Shown piece after piece: positions 42,221 through 51,510 of a DNA stretch of 64,000 nt. The notes beneath the pieces are model-generated. The model did not search any database and was not told the origin of the DNA. It saw nothing but the letters and a program-made list of their open reading frames with translations. The stretch's first letter is position 1. Every line of letters begins with the position of its first letter. This stretch comes from an uncultured Chlorobiaceae bacterium (lineage in GTDB: Bacteria > Bacteroidota > Ignavibacteria > UBA10030 > SZUA-254). Made by a program: the position numbers and the translations under genes. The stretch is taken from positions 16,567-80,566 of the forward strand of contig CAZAFL010000007.1 of NCBI GenBank assembly GCA_964484465.1, read 5' to 3'.

Positions 42221-42580
42221 AAGATTGGACTCAAGCTGTTGTTGTTTTTAATCGAGGAGTTTCGTCACGTCCTGGTATCTTCAATAAACAGCGAGGACTA
42301 GAATAGATATTGCCAGCAGCTGCGTGGGAGGTATTTCCTTCCCCTTTTATCAAAGAATTGACGGAATTCTGTTTTTTGAAGAAACTTATTGATACTTTTC
42401 TAAAAAAAACTTACTTTTCAGATGTTGTGTTGGGAATACATCAAGTCTTTTAAAGGGGGTTGTGCAATCCCGATAGCTCTGGGACCTATCTGACTGCGAT
42501 CAATCAAGCTTGTGCCGCGAGTTATGAATGCGAGGCTTCGTAGAAAAATAATAAGAACGCACAATTGCGTGCTTACAGAT

Positions 42581-42625
42581 GTTGTGACGGACATTCGCTT
42601 CGCTCATGAGCTTGTCCGTCACAAC
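42581..42625 (+). repeat. Palindrome at start of cassette array (attC-related)
   Basis: GTTGTGACGGACA...TGTCCGTCACAAC 13 bp perfect stem; GTTGTGACGGACATTCGCTTCG recurs at 43542. Confidence 0.55.
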
Positions 42626-42652
42626 GTGCTCCATTATTGAAATGAGGGCAAA

Positions 42653-43369
42653 TTGTTTACAGATAAATACACATCCTTGGTGATTGTTTTTGGTGTGTAC
42701 GTCATTGCAATTCCACTTTTTGCTCTTGCCTACTTCCGTTTGTACAGACGCAATAGTGCGAATTTCGTCTTTGCTTCTGAAATATACATGTCTAGGTTGA
42801 CTGAGAAGAGAATTGAGACCAGTGAGAAAATCATGGGGCTCAGGATACTGATTAAATATTTTGCCGATTGTTCTGCACATCTCTTAGATAAGACAGTACG
42901 GATCCAACGTTCGATCGACAAGACAACAATCCATTTCAACAACAATCAAATTATTATCCTGGAGCGTTTCGTCCAACACGTTCCACAAGGAGGCGAATCT
43001 GAACTAGCTCCGTTTGTTCGTTTATATCGTCCAGATGGTGCCCAAGAATGGCAAGGGCTCGTAGTTGGTCATGGATTTCTTTCTGACTTCAATGATCCTG
43101 TAGAATATATTGGCTCCGTCGTCCAGCCGCTGAAGGATGACCTTGATAAGGTAGAAAGTTATCTCAAATCTCTCGATCAACCCAAACCGGTTATTTGGGG
43201 ATATTTGGACTTTTTGTATTTCAGCACGATCACCCAGTCCACTGTTGGATATGGTGACATTCTGCCCAACAGTAGCACAGTTCGTAGCGTCGTGATTGTT
43301 CAATTGATAATCACGTATGCTCTTTTGATTATTGTGTTGAATGTAGTATTGACCAAACTATCGTCATAG
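42653..43369 (+). CDS. Two-TM potassium-channel-family protein (cassette gene)
   Basis: YFSTITQSTVGYGDILP pore/selectivity-filter motif flanked by TM helices. Confidence 0.85.
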   Translation: MFTDKYTSLVIVFGVYVIAIPLFALAYFRLYRRNSANFVFASEIYMSRLTEKRIETSEKIMGLRILIKYFADCSAHLLDKTVRIQRSIDKTTIHFNNNQIIILERFVQHVPQGGESELAPFVRLYRPDGAQEWQGLVVGHGFLSDFNDPVEYIGSVVQPLKDDLDKVESYLKSLDQPKPVIWGYLDFLYFSTITQSTVGYGDILPNSSTVRSVVIVQLIITYALLIIVLNVVLTKLSS

Positions 43370-43417
43370 TATGTGCAAAGATTATGATCATAGTCAATTC
43401 AAATATTAGCGCGCTGC

Positions 43418-43548
43418 ACATAACACGCAAAATAATGTCGCTGATAATTTTACGGTTTGATAAGGCCTCGCTCAATGGTTTTGTTCATGGGCGATTGTCC
43501 AATGAATAGATTCGCAAAACCACTGCATTATTTTGCTAAACGTTGTGA
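43418..43548 (+). mobile_element. Integron attC site
   Basis: ACATAAC + GCAAAATAATG ... CATTATTTTGC + GTTGTGA. Confidence 0.75.
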
Positions 43549-43583
43549 CGGACATTCGCTTCGTCCCGCCGAAGAGCGGGATC

Positions 43584-43663
43584 GCACAACTACAGGAAGC
43601 ACGGCAATGTTCGCTTATGCCTGCGGCAAGCTCGCGCTGCGTGCTTGCCGCGCCACGTTAGCT
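43584..43663 (+). mobile_element. Integron attC site closing a gene-less mini-cassette
   Basis: GCACAAC ... GTTAGCT; GCACAAC is complementary to the upstream GTTGTG core. Confidence 0.6.
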
Positions 43664-43727
43664 GCCATGCTGGTGGATTTGTTTCCTGACTTAATCAACA
43701 GCCAACTAATAATTGAAGGAGTTCATA

Positions 43728-44333
43728 ATGGTTGACCTAATTAAAGATGTCGTGTCCGCACCTTTGTCAACAATTTTAGTCGTTGCGGGAATCACATGTG
43801 TAGGCTTTGCGATCGTCGGCCGTTACAAAAATGTTCTCCGACTGGTCGCGTGGCAAAGGGTTTGTTTTGCCTTACTGGGAATCGCACTATTTGGTTGTGT
43901 CTTGTGGGATCGAGGATATTTTGGCGGTAATGCCCCTATCAAGTATAAAATGTTTGGATTAGGTATTACAAAGGGAAACCCAACGTCGGACTATTTTGAA
44001 ACTGTCGACTTCATTCCGGGAAAAACTCACGATGGGGAAAATGAACTATTGCATCTAAGAGCCAGGAAAGCAGTCGATATCTCCAGAGGTTTTGTGGGAG
44101 ACAAACATCAGTCCCGTAATGCGCCTCTCCCCGATTCTCTGCAGCTACGTGCCTCGGAGGAACTGATGATCTTTACTAATGCTCGCTTTGGCGTCATTCC
44201 GCCGGGGATTCGAGTGGTTGAACTTTTCAGCAAGGGTGGCTTTTGGAAACAAAAAGACGGCGAATCGGATGGAGTGGTCCTTACCAATAAATCCGGGGAT
44301 GAAATGCTAAGCTTTTCATACAGAGTGCCATAA
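43728..44333 (+). CDS. Hypothetical membrane-anchored cassette protein
   Basis: AAGGAG RBS before ATG 43728; two N-terminal TM segments; bounded by attC sites. Confidence 0.75.
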   Translation: MVDLIKDVVSAPLSTILVVAGITCVGFAIVGRYKNVLRLVAWQRVCFALLGIALFGCVLWDRGYFGGNAPIKYKMFGLGITKGNPTSDYFETVDFIPGKTHDGENELLHLRARKAVDISRGFVGDKHQSRNAPLPDSLQLRASEELMIFTNARFGVIPPGIRVVELFSKGGFWKQKDGESDGVVLTNKSGDEMLSFSYRVP

Positions 44334-44371
44334 TATGCCTAAGTATTTTAACAAAAAGCTCGCAGCACGGC

Positions 44372-44505
44372 AGCTAACACGGCAAATAACGACGCTGGAA
44401 TGAAGAGCCAGAGAAATAAGAGCCTCGCTCCACCGTTTTGCTCCACGAAATATTTGTCTATTTGTAGTTCGCAAAACGGCGGCGTTATTTGCCGAGACGT
44501 TAGCC
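44372..44505 (+). mobile_element. Integron attC site
   Basis: AGCTAAC ACGGCAAATAACG ... CGTTATTTGCCG AGAC GTTAGCC; GGCAGCTAAC is the exact complement of GTTAGCTGCC at 43657. Confidence 0.9.
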
Positions 44506-44525
44506 GCAATTGCCACTGAACACCA

Positions 44526-45659
44526 ATGGACATTCTCTACTACCCGAATCTGTACGTTTCTGACGAGCACACCTTGAAATCTCTTCTCTTGTTTTGGGGT
44601 GACGTTCGGACAATCGTTCCTCCCTCTACAAAGCACTGGATCGAGTCGTATCTTAACGGCAGGACCAACGCACATGACCCCTCCTTGGAACTCGTCAAGA
44701 AAGTCAATGATATTGCCGGTCGGTCGGCAGTTGATTTTGTCGTTATCTCCGATGAAGAACGCCATCGCTCAACTCAGAAGATGATGCGACTTCTTGATCA
44801 ATGGGGAGCAGACTCGCATTTCTTTGACCAATACCGAATCAATTCGATCGATGACCTAATAGGCAAGACCATCGAATACTATTGGTTCTTGCATGAGAAA
44901 CTGGAGCAACCCCTCGTTCAACGACTAGCTTCTGAGAATCTCGCCGTCAACGTAGCCCCTGGTGAAATGGTGAGCTTCAAAGAAATTGGCCACACGTATA
45001 TGTCAATCCTCGGAGAGGAAATCCGTACGGGTAGGAACCTTCCCTTAGTCACCGACCAAGAATTGCTCGTGATACCAAGGATGTACTCACAATACACACG
45101 AGCGGCACTTCCGAATCAGGTGCATTACGATGGATATCAACTTGTCGGGCTTGCCGTACCCGATGTTTTCTTGGGAAAGAAAGAGCTAGGGAAATTGAGC
45201 TTCAAGCGGATACTTGAGATTCGAAATGATGTCCTGCCCCTCGCTGAAGCCTATCACTCCGAAATTTCCTCCTATCAGGGGCGGATCAACGCACTTGCCA
45301 ACGCGGCGCAAGAGAAGGAAGCCTTCGACTTGTTTCTTGAACTCTGTAATCGTATCGCGCATTCATTCCATCCGTTTGCGAAGGAGTATGGCAAGATACT
45401 TCGATTCTTTTCACGGTCGCAGAACATCACTCTGTTGACAGGGATCGCCCTGCCTACCATAAAGTTGCTTCTGGAAAAAGCGGATGTTGAAAAGGTCTGT
45501 GAAATTGCGGCAATATCTACGACGGCGGCCAATTACTACATCGAATCACACAACGTTAAGGGGGGCTTCGAGTTTCTGTCAACACTAAATCGATCAATAC
45601 GTCGGAAACTGCTGGCCAACCGCTTTCACGTACTCGTACCGAAAGTTTTGCGAGGATAA
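44526..45659 (+). CDS. Hypothetical cassette protein (possibly DUF6236-like)
   Basis: N-terminal LYYP...LKSLLLFW..V.TIVP pattern; bounded by attC cores. Confidence 0.65.
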   Translation: MDILYYPNLYVSDEHTLKSLLLFWGDVRTIVPPSTKHWIESYLNGRTNAHDPSLELVKKVNDIAGRSAVDFVVISDEERHRSTQKMMRLLDQWGADSHFFDQYRINSIDDLIGKTIEYYWFLHEKLEQPLVQRLASENLAVNVAPGEMVSFKEIGHTYMSILGEEIRTGRNLPLVTDQELLVIPRMYSQYTRAALPNQVHYDGYQLVGLAVPDVFLGKKELGKLSFKRILEIRNDVLPLAEAYHSEISSYQGRINALANAAQEKEAFDLFLELCNRIAHSFHPFAKEYGKILRFFSRSQNITLLTGIALPTIKLLLEKADVEKVCEIAAISTTAANYYIESHNVKGGFEFLSTLNRSIRRKLLANRFHVLVPKVLRG

Positions 45660-45673
45660 TCAATGGCAACTGC

Positions 45674-45697
45674 GGCTAACACGGCAAATAACGTCGC
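45674..45697 (+). mobile_element. Truncated attC (left arm only)
   Basis: GGCTAACACGGCAAATAACG nearly identical to the left arm at 44372; flank complementary at 16/17 nt to GTTAGCCGCAATTGCCA at 44499; no right arm found. Confidence 0.7.
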
Positions 45698-45904
45698 TGG
45701 GAACATTGGCTCTACCTGGTTCAATCGCCAAGAAAACAGATTGGTAGACCGCCATCTCTTCTGTGTTGATGCTTTACCTCGGCGTTTCATTATCATTTAT
45801 GTTCATTCTGGCAATCTTCCTCATGTTCTCCGGGCTCATCGAAAAAGGATAAAGTTCTAAAGAAGTGATCGCAACCAATTTGAAAGAATTCTAACAGGAC
45901 ATCC

Positions 45905-47593
45905 ATGTCATATCTTAGTCTGTCTGTGCGAGAAGCCATCAATCTTGTTAACGCCCCCGTCAATGGGTGGTTCCTGCCATCCATCCAGCGACCCTATGTT
46001 TGGGGAAGTCGGTATGAAAGTGAGCTATACATCTGCAAGTTATTCGACTCTTTGTTGCGGGGTTATCCCATCGGCGGACTGATCGTCTGGAACACAAAAG
46101 AGGAAGTTCCGTTCAGAGAATTCATGCATGACTACCACAATGCTTCCATCCCAACACAGGTCGACAAGGGTCAGTGGAAGAGGCCGGACAAGTGGCTTGT
46201 GTACGACGGACAACAACGTTTACAGACTTTGTTTTCGTGCCTCCGGTACACTTTCAATGGAAAGGTGCTCATCTTCGATCTGCTTTTTGACCTGGACAAA
46301 GAGGACCGGGAGATGGATGAAACAGGTTTTTCTTTCGTCGGTAAGAACGATTCGACTGAAGCCCATCTTGTTCGACTCAATTCCCTATTCACGCAAAAGC
46401 CCGACCAAGACCCTGAGTTCGAGGAGCAGATATTGGCTAGCCTTGGTTCACTTTCCAAGGAGCAAACGACTCTAGTTAAGAAGAACCTCAAACGTCTGTG
46501 GAAGGTGTTTGTGGAAACGGACAAGAAATCACTCGCCTATTTCCCCATCGAAAACAAGAGAGAGGAAGAAGTTAATGAAGTCTTCCAAAGATTAAATACC
46601 GGCGGTGTTCCTCTCTCGCTTGCCGACTTGGTTTTATCACGCATCAAGGAGGACTTCTTTGACTTCGAGGAAAACCTGCAAATGTTTTCCAGAGACATTT
46701 ACAGCCACACCACCAACGGATACACTTTCTCTCACTACGAAATTCTTCAACTTATTTATCTCATCCACAAAGGAACTATGAGAATCGACCCAAAACAAGT
46801 CAATTCTACGAAGGACACAAAGGCGATGAATGACATCTGGCTGAAGCTCAAACCGTCTCTGGATAGCTTCTTCGTAGACTTCATTTGGGGACAATTCAAA
46901 ATCAACAATTCTTCCATCGTTCCCCGCCAGAGAGCCCTTCTTCCTCTTATCGTGTATTTCTTTGAGCTGTACAACAATGGTGTCTCGTTCAAAAAGCTGA
47001 AGCCTGAAGCGTTACTCTTGCTGAACCAATATTTCATTCTCTCCCAAGTCAACGATTGGAGCCTACAATCGCTCATCGACAATTTCAGCAAGACCATACT
47101 GGACAAATCAAAGAAGTCCGATGGCTACTTCGATTTCCCACTCAACGATTTCATCGCCTCGCTCTACAAGACAAAGAAGCGAGAAACACAGTTGCTTGAA
47201 GCTCGCTTTACTGAATACACGTGGTTTTCACTGAAGGTTCTCACGCCCCAAAGGGTTTACCAATTCGATCCAGATTCATCGGGAAGATTCAGTCCGGAGA
47301 TTGACCACATTTTTCCTATGAAGCTCGAAGATCAAACCGATGAGTACTATGAATCGGTGGACATTATCTGGAACATGCAACCTGTAAAAGGCGACATAAA
47401 TAACTACAAGCGGCGAAAGCATCCGCTTGAATTCTTCACCGGAGATGGGCACAAGTTCTTGAAGGACTATGATTTTCTCCCGACTCATGACTTATCCGTC
47501 GAAGTCTGGAACCAACCAATTCCGTTCATCAAGGTGCGGCGCGTCAAGATGATGAAATTCCTGAAAGATGAATATGGCTTGGTTCTCAAATAG
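45905..47593 (+). CDS. GmrSD-type (DUF262 + DUF1524/HNH) modification-dependent restriction protein
   Basis: LPSIQRPYVW, DGQQRLQTL, FQRLNTGGVPLS, EIDHIFP...N. Confidence 0.85.
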   Translation: MSYLSLSVREAINLVNAPVNGWFLPSIQRPYVWGSRYESELYICKLFDSLLRGYPIGGLIVWNTKEEVPFREFMHDYHNASIPTQVDKGQWKRPDKWLVYDGQQRLQTLFSCLRYTFNGKVLIFDLLFDLDKEDREMDETGFSFVGKNDSTEAHLVRLNSLFTQKPDQDPEFEEQILASLGSLSKEQTTLVKKNLKRLWKVFVETDKKSLAYFPIENKREEEVNEVFQRLNTGGVPLSLADLVLSRIKEDFFDFEENLQMFSRDIYSHTTNGYTFSHYEILQLIYLIHKGTMRIDPKQVNSTKDTKAMNDIWLKLKPSLDSFFVDFIWGQFKINNSSIVPRQRALLPLIVYFFELYNNGVSFKKLKPEALLLLNQYFILSQVNDWSLQSLIDNFSKTILDKSKKSDGYFDFPLNDFIASLYKTKKRETQLLEARFTEYTWFSLKVLTPQRVYQFDPDSSGRFSPEIDHIFPMKLEDQTDEYYESVDIIWNMQPVKGDINNYKRRKHPLEFFTGDGHKFLKDYDFLPTHDLSVEVWNQPIPFIKVRRVKMMKFLKDEYGLVLK

Positions 47594-47613
47594 CGATGAG
47601 GGCTTCAAACAGC

Positions 47614-47680
47614 ACATAACAGCTGTAAGAGTGACATGCTGAGTCGGGGATGAAAAAGAAAGTAACGTCTAGCGTTAAGC
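47614..47680 (+). mobile_element. Degenerate attC-like site
   Basis: ACATAAC just after the gene stop and GTTAAGC downstream; internal arms pair poorly. Confidence 0.3.
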
Positions 47681-47786
47681 TCAGCAGTTTTGCTCGCACG
47701 CCCATTGGCCCATGCAAAGGTTCGCAAAGCTGCTGACATTTGACGCCAAACGTTGGGAAACCATTTGCTGCATTCAGCGTAACTTG

Positions 47787-49163
47787 ATGAAAGATAATCA
47801 GAAAAAAGAGGGAGAGCGTTGGGACATTGAGTGCCTCAGGCGCGAAGTCCCGGATTTGCGATTAGGCGAAATTCTGAGCGATGAACGACCTGACTTCATC
47901 GTTCGTTCAACCGATCCAAAATTGGGCATCGAGGTCACTCGACTATTCAAGAAGAAGCGAGGGTCTGGAAAGCCTATGCAGGCATTTGAGTCAGAAAGGC
48001 GTGCGATAGTCAAGAGAGCCCATCATCTTTTTGAGCGAAACTGTGCGGTCAAGTTGAAGGTGGCGGTCTTTTTCTCAGGAACCGACGCCCCGTCGAAGCG
48101 GGTGAGAGAGAAAATCGCAATTCAGATCGGTGATATAGTTCGTTCCTGCATGCCACTCGATGACAATTCGGTCCGAGTTGACTCTCAGACCAGCGAACTC
48201 ATTTTTCCAATTGAAGTCTCGTCAATTCGTGTTACTCGATTCGGACCATTCATTCAGAGTATATGGTACGTACCAGTGGCCGGTTGGGTTCAAGAAGATT
48301 TCGTTGAAGAGCTCCAAGATATAATTGATGATAAAGCGAAGCTCTTCCCAAAATACTTGGCAAAATGCGATCGTTGCTGGTTGCTCATCATCGCGGATGC
48401 GACGGGTGAATCAGCGTTCTTTGAAGGTTCAGGCGAGACAATTGGGCATGAGTATCACTCTCCATTTGAACGAACGTACTTGTATGAAACCTTATCTCAA
48501 AAAGTGTTCCGGCTGCTCACCGTGGAACCAGTGTCTCGAATGAAAAATCCGTTTGTTCAACAGACATCCGAAGTTGATCGACTGAGAAACTCGCTTAGGG
48601 AGCATCTCGCACAAATGTGCAGAATTTTGCAGGCACCAGATCGTGATACTACCAATGCTTATATCTTCATAGCGGGGCAGCTGCGCGCATTGCTTTGTGA
48701 TCAGTATGCCATCATGGTCAAATACGCCGAGATTCAGAACCACGAGCTTAAAATTTGGGGCCCCAAGCCAAAGGAAATCATAGAAGGACATAACGTACTA
48801 ATGAGTGTTCACTTCCTCGTTGCGTCTTATGAAAGCAATCCGTTGATGAGAGAGATGAGCATCAAAGAGTATTTGCATACTCCCATTGGCGTCGCAAATT
48901 GGGAGAAGTACACCCCGTCGGAGATCATCAAACTCGTGGCAAACAAGGAGGGCGCAGCTCACCTCGACCCACACCAAAACGAGAAGCTCGAAGCCATCAA
49001 GAGCACGTTCGTTGTGAAAGCTTCACCCTCTGGTCGTGCTGATGACGACAAGCATGTTATATTGCGGACTGCAGTTCTTCAGATTGGGGCGTGGGCAAGT
49101 CGCTCTATCGAGGACCTCCTCGCACTACCTTTAGATCATAACAACAAGGCGGGCGCGAGTTGA
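47787..49163 (+). CDS. Two-domain hypothetical protein; N-terminal PD-(D/E)xK-like nuclease fold
   Basis: ERPDFIV...LGIEVTRL; second domain with ANKEGAAHLDP; ATG 47787 (ORF track starts at 47712). Confidence 0.6.
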   Translation: MKDNQKKEGERWDIECLRREVPDLRLGEILSDERPDFIVRSTDPKLGIEVTRLFKKKRGSGKPMQAFESERRAIVKRAHHLFERNCAVKLKVAVFFSGTDAPSKRVREKIAIQIGDIVRSCMPLDDNSVRVDSQTSELIFPIEVSSIRVTRFGPFIQSIWYVPVAGWVQEDFVEELQDIIDDKAKLFPKYLAKCDRCWLLIIADATGESAFFEGSGETIGHEYHSPFERTYLYETLSQKVFRLLTVEPVSRMKNPFVQQTSEVDRLRNSLREHLAQMCRILQAPDRDTTNAYIFIAGQLRALLCDQYAIMVKYAEIQNHELKIWGPKPKEIIEGHNVLMSVHFLVASYESNPLMREMSIKEYLHTPIGVANWEKYTPSEIIKLVANKEGAAHLDPHQNEKLEAIKSTFVVKASPSGRADDDKHVILRTAVLQIGAWASRSIEDLLALPLDHNNKAGAS

Positions 49164-49227
49164 CCAGAGAGTCGAGTTGCGCTGACTGCCTGTCGCAGCT
49201 GAGGCGTTCGACTAACGCCTCAGCACA
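49136..49227 (+). mobile_element. Degenerate attC-like end of array with perfect hairpin
   Basis: TCATAAC overlapping the gene end; GCTGAGGCGTT-CGACT-AACGCCTCAGC 11 bp stem. Confidence 0.4.
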
Positions 49228-49304
49228 ACCAACATAACGGGTCGCTGGCTCTTACATAACCATTTAAGTGATTGTATCTGCATAAACCTGCGCTGTGTCG
49301 TTGT

Positions 49305-49419
49305 GGGCATTTCCTGTTGCCACATAAATTCAAAGAATTATGATTATTCTATCGGCAACAGGATATGCCCTTTGGACAGGCTTTGGCGCTAAAAGCGCCA
49401 GATTTTCAAATGAGTGCTT
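49305..49419. repeat. Structured repeat family 2, copy A
   Basis: GGGCATTTCCTGTTGCC...GGCAACAGGATATGCCC; then TGGCGCT-AAA-AGCGCCA; then GAGTGCTT. Confidence 0.85.
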
Positions 49420-49554
49420 ATCCCGCTGGAGTGAATTTGCAGCGGGATAGGCACAATTCTAATTCTATGCTGGCGTTTTTCTCTCTCTATTATATAGACC
49501 ACGCCCTAGTCAAAGACCATTTACAGCTATTTTGCACTGTTAGGTGCTGATTTG

Positions 49555-50073
49555 TTAACGTATTACAAGATGTGTCCCTCGAAGGATCTCAACGCCTTTC
49601 GGAATGACTCCAGTGGCTTTAACATGTTCGAGAATTTTTGCCTTGTCTACTTCCACTTTGATTTTCAAGAACTGCTCATCGAGTTCATCCATGTTTTTAA
49701 CATCAACACCCGACTGGCTTTGGGCAACGTATATCGTGAATAAAGCGTATTTGATTTTTTCTGAACCCGACGCTTCCATGCTGACTTTGATATAGTTTTT
49801 CAGCCAATCGATGCGATTGTCGAACGAACGTTTGCGTTCAGAAAGGCGTTTCGCTTCGCCCGCCAGCGCATCCCGCTGTGCTTCGAGATTCCTAATGAAC
49901 TTCACGATGTCGGTCACTTTGTCAACAAACTTCATGTTGAGGTGGTCGAGAGCGTCGCGGAACTGTTCGAGGCGTTCTTTGCCTTCGCCGCTGGAATTGT
50001 CGGATATTTCAGATTCATCGAGTTTGTTTAATACTATGAGTTCGCTTGTGATTTCATAAAGAGGTTCGTTCAT
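49555..50073 (-). CDS. Siphovirus Gp157-family protein
   Basis: K...IVKFIRNLEA...EAKRLSERKR...NRIDWLKNYI...VDKAKI...GVEI...HLVIR. Confidence 0.85.
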   Translation of the reverse strand: MNEPLYEITSELIVLNKLDESEISDNSSGEGKERLEQFRDALDHLNMKFVDKVTDIVKFIRNLEAQRDALAGEAKRLSERKRSFDNRIDWLKNYIKVSMEASGSEKIKYALFTIYVAQSQSGVDVKNMDELDEQFLKIKVEVDKAKILEHVKATGVIPKGVEILRGTHLVIR

Positions 50074-50192
50074 TGGTCGTTCGCCTTCATGGATGGTTTG
50101 ATTTGTTGATAGTTAATGATTGTGAATTTGTTATACCAAATCGAGGTTAGAATTTCGGAACTTTCTTTGGAAGAAAGTTCCACAAAGAACAT

Positions 50193-50358
50193 CCGCAATC
50201 GTAAACGCACAGCAACGGAATGTCAGTCCACGATAAAAAACGATTTCATCTGCCTCATTTAACCTGATATTCACGGACATCGGTCGTCGATGAAATCGCA
50301 AAGCTCAGATTGATATTCCAACCGCACAGGCTAAACGATTGCGGAGGCGGCGTTTGAA
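50193..50358. promoter_or_regulatory. Structured repeat family 1, copy 1 (upstream of gp157)
   Basis: Stems CCGCAATCGT/ACGATTGCGG and CGATTTCATC/GATGAAATCG; minus-strand CTGACA-N17-TACGAT. Confidence 0.7.
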
Positions 50359-50481
50359 AGGAATAGGTTGAGGGGCATGGAGTGCTGGTTGTATGCCGTC
50401 GTCGATTTCAAATTCTTACCTTGCAATCGGCAAGGGCGGATATGGTTCCGCCCTTGTTTTGCATCTATGGAGAAAAACCCA

Positions 50482-51186
50482 TTAGAACGGTACGTCGTCC
50501 TTTTCGCCTTCCACTTCTGCTGCGACCAGAGCAACCTGAGATGAATGTTCCCTGTTGTCCCCCACAAGAGCGGATGTCTGCTTCGTGCGGCGTGTTCGCT
50601 TGTTATTGCCGTTACCGTTTCCATTGCCGTTGGAAAGGCAATGTTGAGCGGTAAGCTGGCCGGTACGAGACAAGAACAATGTAACACCGATTTTTTCGAT
50701 GTCAGTGTTTCTCCACTCTACCCCGGGAATCAAACGGGTAATATCGACAGCATCGAGCAACGATTGATGCATCACTAACGTATCGCCGGAAAACCCCTCC
50801 GGAGTTAAGTTTGGGGGCATGACTATCTCCGCAGGTGGCTGTAATAGCTGTTGGGCGATCGTTTTTCCGTTTACGTTGTGAGCTGTATCCGACACCGCAC
50901 CTTTTTTCTGGTCAATCACATTGATAACCGTGAATGGTTCTCCCTTTTGTGGCGTGATCGTTTCTTTCAGCAGGCTTAATGTGTCGCCTACTTTCACATC
51001 GAACTTGCGAAATTGCTTTTCGAGCCGGTCTGAAACTTTCAGCGCCTTCTCTTTTCCGTCGTGAAGGACAGTATAGAGCTGATAGGAACCGAACTGTCCT
51101 TCCTTTTTCAGACCAGTCGCAAATTTTAAGGTGACATCCACAAGCTGACGCTCGGGGATTTGGACAAATTCTCTCTGGTTATTCAT
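50482..51186 (-). CDS. Phage-type single-stranded DNA-binding-like protein
   Basis: AAAGGAG RBS before ATG 51186; beta-rich N-terminus and acidic tail ending EKDDVPF (SSB-Ct-like). Confidence 0.55.
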   Translation of the reverse strand: MNNQREFVQIPERQLVDVTLKFATGLKKEGQFGSYQLYTVLHDGKEKALKVSDRLEKQFRKFDVKVGDTLSLLKETITPQKGEPFTVINVIDQKKGAVSDTAHNVNGKTIAQQLLQPPAEIVMPPNLTPEGFSGDTLVMHQSLLDAVDITRLIPGVEWRNTDIEKIGVTLFLSRTGQLTAQHCLSNGNGNGNGNNKRTRRTKQTSALVGDNREHSSQVALVAAEVEGEKDDVPF

Positions 51187-51314
51187 TGTACCACTCCTTT
51201 GGTTGGTATATTGAAAGTTGATTGTAGAAATCTTATACCAAATTGGAAGGCATTTCATTCGGAATTTACTTTCTCTTTGAAGAGAAAGTAACAAAGATCC
51301 CGCATTTGGCGGGA

Positions 51315-51479
51315 CGCAATCGTAAACGCACGGCTTTGTAAAGGCTGACTCGGCTAAGAGGCGATTTCATCTATCGACCAGAATGAGTTATTTGAATGCG
51401 TCCGCTTTCGATGAAATCGCAAAGCTCCGTTTGATGTCCGACCGCTCACGCTCTACGATTGCGGAGGCAGGCCTTTGAA
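51315..51479. promoter_or_regulatory. Structured repeat family 1, copy 2 (upstream of SSB-like gene)
   Basis: Stems CGCAATCGTA/TACGATTGCG and GCGATTTCATC/GATGAAATCGC; TTGATG-N17-TACGAT in the right arm. Confidence 0.7.
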
Positions 51480-51510
51480 GCAAAAAAATTTCTTTTATTC
51501 TGCTGTAGGA

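Noticed and set aside
42240-42500. Possible attI (CAGATGTTGTG near 42419)
   Set aside because: Only a short match to the array core and no adjacent intI
50193-51479. c-di-GMP-I riboswitch (CGCAAAGC similarity)
   Set aside because: The match is on the strand opposite to the downstream genes and other GEMM features are missing; not excluded without an Rfam search
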